From positions 42,877-106,876 of the forward strand of contig CAZUAI010000006.1 in assembly GCA_964617875.1 (NCBI GenBank): a DNA stretch of 64,000 nt, in the 5' to 3' direction. Position numbers and translations under genes: made by a program. The stretch comes from an uncultured Planctomycetales bacterium (GTDB lineage: Bacteria; Planctomycetota; Phycisphaerae; UBA1845; PWPN01). Below the pieces are notes generated by a model. The model was given only the letters and a program-made list of their open reading frames with translations, had not been told where the DNA came from and made no database searches. Shown piece after piece: positions 60,029 through 64,000 of this stretch; position 1 is the first letter of the stretch; the number at the start of each line of letters is the position of its first letter.

Positions 60029-60548
60029 TCACCGTTCCGCGCGGAAAAGCGAGTGGCAGGCGTTGCACGTGGAATATACCGTGGCGATCTGCTGTTCGGC
60101 CTGCTCGACGTTCGAGAGGGGCCCCTGGCCGAGCGCGGCGGCTTCGTCCGAGAGCTTCTTCGCGAGATTGAGGTAGACGTCCTTCTCCTGCGCGTTCAGA
60201 CCGAGACCGTCCGCGGTCGCCGGAAGCGCGGCGGCCGACGCCGCCATGTCCCTGGCCAGTGATCGGATCTCCTCGAAGTAGCGTTCGCGCCCCCTGGGGG
60301 AGTCGATATGCTCAACGGGCGCGTGGTAGCGCATTTTCTGCATGATCTGCCGCACGCCCTGGCTGCTCACGGCGTGCATCGCCGGCGTACCGGTACGGAC
60401 GAGCCGTTGTCGTTCCCGCGGGGGCGGCCCGCCGCACGAGCAGACGGCAACGGCCATCAGCCCGGAAATGGCAAGCCCGCCGATAACGATCATCGCGTGA
60501 CCGCGAACGGCCGGCCGATCCGCTGCCGAGGGGTTGGCGGCGCCCATG
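60029..60548 (-). CDS. cytochrome c family lipoprotein (cytochrome c'-like; C-terminal CNACH heme motif)
   Basis: Signal/lipobox MIVIGGLAISGLMAVAVCSC, helical body, single CxxCH near the C-terminus. The start may be 60493. Confidence 0.5.
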
Positions 60549-60755
60549 ATTTCGAGTCTATCGGCGCGGCCGCCCCGGGTCAACGCGGCGTGCGGTGCGG
60601 AAGACGCCGGGCGAAACCCGTTCCGGGCGGTTGACGTGCGGCACTCGCGTGCTATGATCCGCTCACCTGCCGCCGTATCAGGAAGACCGGCAGGTCCGCG
60701 CTCGCAAGGGAGGCCGCAAGTGGAGTCTTGTCGTCGAAGCCCCGTCCGGCGCAGT

Positions 60756-60956
60756 CTGTCCGCACGGACGAAGAAGCCCGTCCGCTTTCCGCACGGTCCG
60801 TTCGCGATCGTCGGAATCCTCGCCGTCCTGGCGGCAGCGGGCTGCGAAGCTGCGCAGGACGGCCTCGATCCGTCGCAGCTTCTGCCGACATTCAACGACC
60901 TGATCACGTTCGTCGAGGACTTCGCACGGCAGGCGCTGGCGGCGTTTCTCTTCTGA
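60756..60956 (+). CDS. small lipoprotein/lipopeptide, paralogue of 3599-3778
   Basis: ...FAIVGILAVLAAAGCEAAQDGLDPSQLLPTFNDLITFVEDFARQALAAFLF. No in-frame ATG near the signal; a CTG at 60756 or an upstream ATG at 60654 is possible. Confidence 0.4.
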   Translation: MSARTKKPVRFPHGPFAIVGILAVLAAAGCEAAQDGLDPSQLLPTFNDLITFVEDFARQALAAFLF

Positions 60957-60995
60957 CGCGTGCAGTACGTCGAACCCCCGGGGGCGTACCGGACA

Positions 60996-62375
60996 TCATG
61001 GCGGCGAAAGGCGGATGCGAATCCCCGTATCCGTCGGCTGCCTGTCTCTTTCGTCCGCATCACGATCGACGTCGCCGCCGTCGTCGGTTCCGTTCTCGCC
61101 CACGCTGTACACGACATACGCCTTGTCGTCCGCCCGGTACAGAAGCGGCCTGCCTGTGAACGGGTCGGACGGGATCGTTTCGGCAAACTGCGGAACCATC
61201 ACGTCAAGGCCCGGCGGCACGCAGCCGTGCGTTCGGCGATACCGCTCGATCATGACGGCCACGGCGGCGCACCGGGTATCCGCCACGCTTCGCGCTGTCA
61301 GGACGGCCAGCCGCGTCAACGCCGGCGTAAGGAGCTGACCGAACATCGACTTCGCCGACTCGTTCGTACCTGCGTCACGCAGGGACTCGTGCAGCGGCTT
61401 GCGGGAGTCCTGCACCTGCTTGCCCATGTCACGCAGATAACCGACGGCCCAGTGCTTCGCCAGGGGGCGGCTCCAGAAGCCCGAGGCCGGCCATTGTCCC
61501 TCCAGGTTTGCGCCGCCTTCCTCCGGCAGGCGCGAGCCCACGGCGCCGGCAACCAGGTCGCGCATCATCTCGACGCCGTAGACACGCTCGGCCAGTATCA
61601 CCCGCTCGAGCGGTCGCGGTACGTCTGTTGCCGTCAACGCCTCCTGCAGGCGAGCCAACGCAGCGTCCGAAGGCCGATTCGTTTCCAGGACAATCCTGGT
61701 GTCCCAACAGGCGAGGCCCGCAATCGACACTCTGTTCAGGTGGGCAATCAGGATCGGCTGCCGGTCGAACACCCGCTGCATCCGGATCAGGCCGATCAAT
61801 GAGTTCACCGCCCCGTCGCCGTCGCCGTCGGCAGCGCGGACCAGCGCGCGCAGGCCGAGGGGCTTCGCCACGGCCCGCACCCGGCTGAGCCGTTCGAGGC
61901 TGCCCCCGATGCCGCACTGCACGCCGATCTTGAAGCCGCAGGCCGGCCGCTCGGCCCCGCGGTCGAGCATGTCCAGAGCCAGGGCGTTGTCGGCCAGGTG
62001 TCGCTCGATCCGTTGGGTGACGTCCGAAGCCGGGCGGCTCGTCGGCGACTTCCGGAGGGCGTTCCCGTAGGCCTCGTAGGCGTCCCACAACTCGCTCGCC
62101 GTTCTCCCACGCACAAGCGCAAGGGCCGCTTCGTAAAACGGCCCGGCGTCGTCTTCCTCGCTCACCTCGGGCCAGCCCGCGTCGAGGTCCCTGAACGTCA
62201 GCGGCTCTCCGGCCGCCTTGATCGCGGCAATCTCCGCGTTCAGCCGCCTCGTTTCGACGTATCCCCAGATCACGTTGGCCGTGAACGCGATCACGCCGAG
62301 CATGCCCAGGACGATCCCTAGACGACGCGCGATGCGTCGCCACCTTGGTTTCGTTCCGTTCGGCCCTGTGTTCAT
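60996..62375 (-). CDS. membrane-anchored hypothetical protein downstream of the ECF sigma/anti-sigma pair
   Basis: N-terminal TM RLGIVLGMLGVIAFTANVIWGY, large extracytoplasmic domain. The ORF is open to 62645. Confidence 0.5.
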   Translation of the reverse strand: MNTGPNGTKPRWRRIARRLGIVLGMLGVIAFTANVIWGYVETRRLNAEIAAIKAAGEPLTFRDLDAGWPEVSEEDDAGPFYEAALALVRGRTASELWDAYEAYGNALRKSPTSRPASDVTQRIERHLADNALALDMLDRGAERPACGFKIGVQCGIGGSLERLSRVRAVAKPLGLRALVRAADGDGDGAVNSLIGLIRMQRVFDRQPILIAHLNRVSIAGLACWDTRIVLETNRPSDAALARLQEALTATDVPRPLERVILAERVYGVEMMRDLVAGAVGSRLPEEGGANLEGQWPASGFWSRPLAKHWAVGYLRDMGKQVQDSRKPLHESLRDAGTNESAKSMFGQLLTPALTRLAVLTARSVADTRCAAVAVMIERYRRTHGCVPPGLDVMVPQFAETIPSDPFTGRPLLYRADDKAYVVYSVGENGTDDGGDVDRDADERDRQPTDTGIRIRLSPP

Positions 62376-62758
62376 CGGTTGCCTCCCCATACGCTCGCAG
62401 GGGCGTCCTGACGCAGACGGCGTGCGGCCCGCGCGCCGTCGCAGGCAAGCGCCAGTTCGAAATAGCGACGGCCGGAACCATGGCCGTCGAGCATCTGCGC
62501 GGCTTCCTCGGCCTCGGCCGTCCAGCCGATCGTTCCCACGCCGAGGGCCGCCGCCGTCTCGCGATTCAGACGCTCGCCGGCCAGATACAGCCCGCAACTC
62601 AGCACCAGCATGGCCGCCATCGACAGCCAGCCGGCCATTCTCCACCGCGACCGACGGGGCCGATCGCCCTCCAGCATGCGCGCCCGCAACCCGGCAGGCG
62701 GTCCTGCCGGCCGGTAACGGGCCAGCAGCGCCTCGATGCCCTGATCGTCATATTCCAT
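62372..62758 (-). CDS. putative anti-sigma factor (single TM)
   Basis: Overlaps the sigma gene's end. Single TM (WLSMAAMLVLSCGLYLA). This is the position typical of an anti-sigma gene. Confidence 0.5.
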   Translation of the reverse strand: MEYDDQGIEALLARYRPAGPPAGLRARMLEGDRPRRSRWRMAGWLSMAAMLVLSCGLYLAGERLNRETAAALGVGTIGWTAEAEEAAQMLDGHGSGRRYFELALACDGARAARRLRQDAPASVWGGNR

Positions 62759-63323
62759 AAGAGCCTCCGTCGGCGGCGCGTTCGGCGCCCAGTCGCTCGC
62801 GGAGCTTCTCGATCGCGTAGCGATACCGGCTCGCCGCCGTGTTGATGGAGACGCCCAGCCAATCGGCGATCTCCTGAAACGTCCTGTCTTCGTAAACCTT
62901 CAAGTGAACCACCTCGCGTTGCTCCGCGGGCAGCGCCCGCAGGGCCGCTTCAAGCCGCCGGCGCTCGTCGTCGTCGATCCCGCCGGGGGTCGTCGCCTCC
63001 AGCATCGCGGCCGCAGAGGCCGCCTCGATCGGCTCCGGCCGTCGCCGCCGCTGGTCCAGTAGTCGCCAGCACTCGTTCCGTACGGCCGTTCGCAGGTACT
63101 CGCGGCACGACTCGATCGCGAGCACGCGCCGCCCCATGCCCGCCAGTTTCACGAAGGCCTGCTGAACCGCATCCTCGGCCGCGGTCGGGTCCGCCAGGAC
63201 CATCAGGGCGTAGCGGTACAGGTCGTTCGCGCAGGCGTCGTAGGCCGCCGCAAGAAACGCGCGAGGATCGCGGGCCCGCAGGCTCGGCGACAGTCCCCCG
63301 GCCTGTACGTGCCCGTCGCTCAT
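62748..63323 (-). CDS. ECF (sigma-70 group 4) RNA polymerase sigma factor
   Basis: Region 2 (LYRYALMVLADPTAAEDAVQQAFVKL) and region 4 (EQREVVHLKVYEDRTFQEIADWLGVSINTAASRYRYAIEKLR). Confidence 0.85.
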   Translation of the reverse strand: MSDGHVQAGGLSPSLRARDPRAFLAAAYDACANDLYRYALMVLADPTAAEDAVQQAFVKLAGMGRRVLAIESCREYLRTAVRNECWRLLDQRRRRPEPIEAASAAAMLEATTPGGIDDDERRRLEAALRALPAEQREVVHLKVYEDRTFQEIADWLGVSINTAASRYRYAIEKLRERLGAERAADGGSYGI

Positions 63324-63568
63324 GCCTTCCTGACTATAGACCTGACACATGGCCCGTTTTGTCTACGCCGCCGTTGTTGATGACGCGGCATGGCCGGCGG
63401 GCAAGAACGGCTCGGCGGATGCCCCGCCGTCGTCGCGTGCCGTGTCCCTCGCCTGCGCTTCGGGCTCAATGGGTGCCTTGTCGGCCATGCACACATTGTC
63501 CGGGCGCCGGCCGCAACCCCGCAACCAGTCCGGCGGGCACGGCGCGGGTGTCCGGGGGTACGGCGCGG

Positions 63569-64000
63569 GTGTCAGGAACCTTCGGCGGCGTCGGCGGCCG
63601 ATCCGTCGGTACCGCGTTGGCAGCGAAGGCTCCGCGGGATCGGGGCGCGGTTCCTGACACCCTTGCTGCCGGCGTGGCGTGCGAACGAAGTGTCAGGAAC
63701 CCGCGGCGGCGTCGGCGGCCGATCCGTCGGTACCGCGTTGGCAGCGAAGGCTCCGCGGGATCGGGGCGCGGTTCCTGACACCCTTGCTGCCGGCGTTGCG
63801 TGCGAACGAAGTGTCAGGAACCCTCGGCGGCGTCGGCGGCCGATCGGTCGGTACCGCGTTGACAGCGAAGGCCCCGCGGGATCGGGGCGCGGTTCCTGAC
63901 ACCCTTGCTGCCGGCGTGGCGTGCGACCGAAGTGTCAGGAACCCTCGGCGGCGTCGGCGGCCGATCCGTCGGTACCGCGTTGGCAGCGAAGGCTCCGTGG
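63569..64000. repeat. tandem array of 121-bp repeats (at least 3.5 copies, continues past window end), each with 12-bp inverted-repeat arms
   Basis: Unit: GTGTCAGGAACC-N68-GGTTCCTGACAC-CCTTGCTGCCGGCGTGGCGTGCGAACGAA. Copies start at about 63569, 63690, 63811 and 63932, with more than 95% identity. 121 is not a multiple of 3. Confidence 0.85.

Noticed and set aside
63359-63899. ORFs of 139-169 aa reading across the 121-bp repeats
   Set aside because: The repeat period is not a multiple of three, so the 'proteins' are frame-shifted echoes of the same DNA repeat.
63569-64000. CRISPR array
   Set aside because: The whole 121-bp unit repeats, including the would-be spacer. There are no unique spacers. 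The unit is far longer than CRISPR repeats.

Overview
This is a high-GC (~68-70%), gene-dense window of bacterial chromosome from a diderm organism. The diderm call rests on OMF/TolC-type genes, RND and MacAB pumps, and many lipobox signal peptides. The six-frame track is full of long shadow ORFs on the opposite strand. I called genes on recognisable domains, on operon logic (many 4-nt ATGA stop/start overlaps) and on SD-like sequences. Sub-line coordinates may be off by 1-2 nt, because my reading of the text disagrees with the ORF track at one base near 9.72 kb; I therefore used ORF-track ends as anchors.

Gene content, in order along the window:
- 0.4-7.9 kb, minus strand: a co-directional string of MOT1-like transporter, MFS transporter, OMF, a 59-aa lipopeptide, an RND pump and an MFP.
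- 7.9-10.3 kb, minus strand: enolase, preceded by a zinc-ribbon/HEAT ORF and a metallophosphoesterase.
- 10.9-13.5 kb, plus strand: the Mg2+ P-type ATPase MgtA.
- 13.8-19.6 kb: three dynamin-like GTPases.
- 20.2-22.7 kb, minus strand: the crcB fluoride channel, a Na+/H+ antiporter, a USP and a DUF190 protein.
- 23-30.4 kb, plus strand: an OmpR/HK two-component pair followed by a MacAB-type ABC efflux system with its own OMF.
- 30.5-37.6 kb, minus strand: a LysR regulator, gltB and gltD.
- 38-42.3 kb, plus strand: an Ala-rich coiled-coil membrane protein coupled to a DUF1007/NicO metal transporter with a His-rich loop.
- 42.5-44.3 kb, plus strand: a small zinc-ribbon ORF and an isolated trpE.
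- 44.5-46.1 kb, plus strand: psiE and a tandem USP.
- 46.3-54.1 kb, minus strand: a run of exported hydrolases plus a GT39 glycosyltransferase.
- 54.5-57.3 kb, plus strand: an NfeD-like protein with an Asp/His-rich insert, then a flotillin.
- 57.3-63.3 kb: a CDP-alcohol phosphatidyltransferase (minus), a second OMF paralogue (plus), a cytochrome-c-like lipoprotein (minus), a second lipopeptide paralogue (plus), and an ECF sigma/anti-sigma operon (minus).
- 63.57-64 kb: at least 3.5 copies of a 121-bp tandem repeat.

Most notable: there are three copies of a fluoride (crcB-motif) riboswitch, all on the minus strand. Each has its own TTGCxx-17-TAxxAT promoter. One is in the classic position ahead of crcB. 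One precedes the metallophosphoesterase-ZnR/HEAT-enolase operon. The third has a terminator-type expression platform and sits directly upstream of a TPR protein and two translationally coupled dynamin-like GTPases. A third dynamin-like gene converges on that pair. I regard this apparently fluoride-controlled dynamin-like module as the most interesting, possibly undescribed, system in the window.
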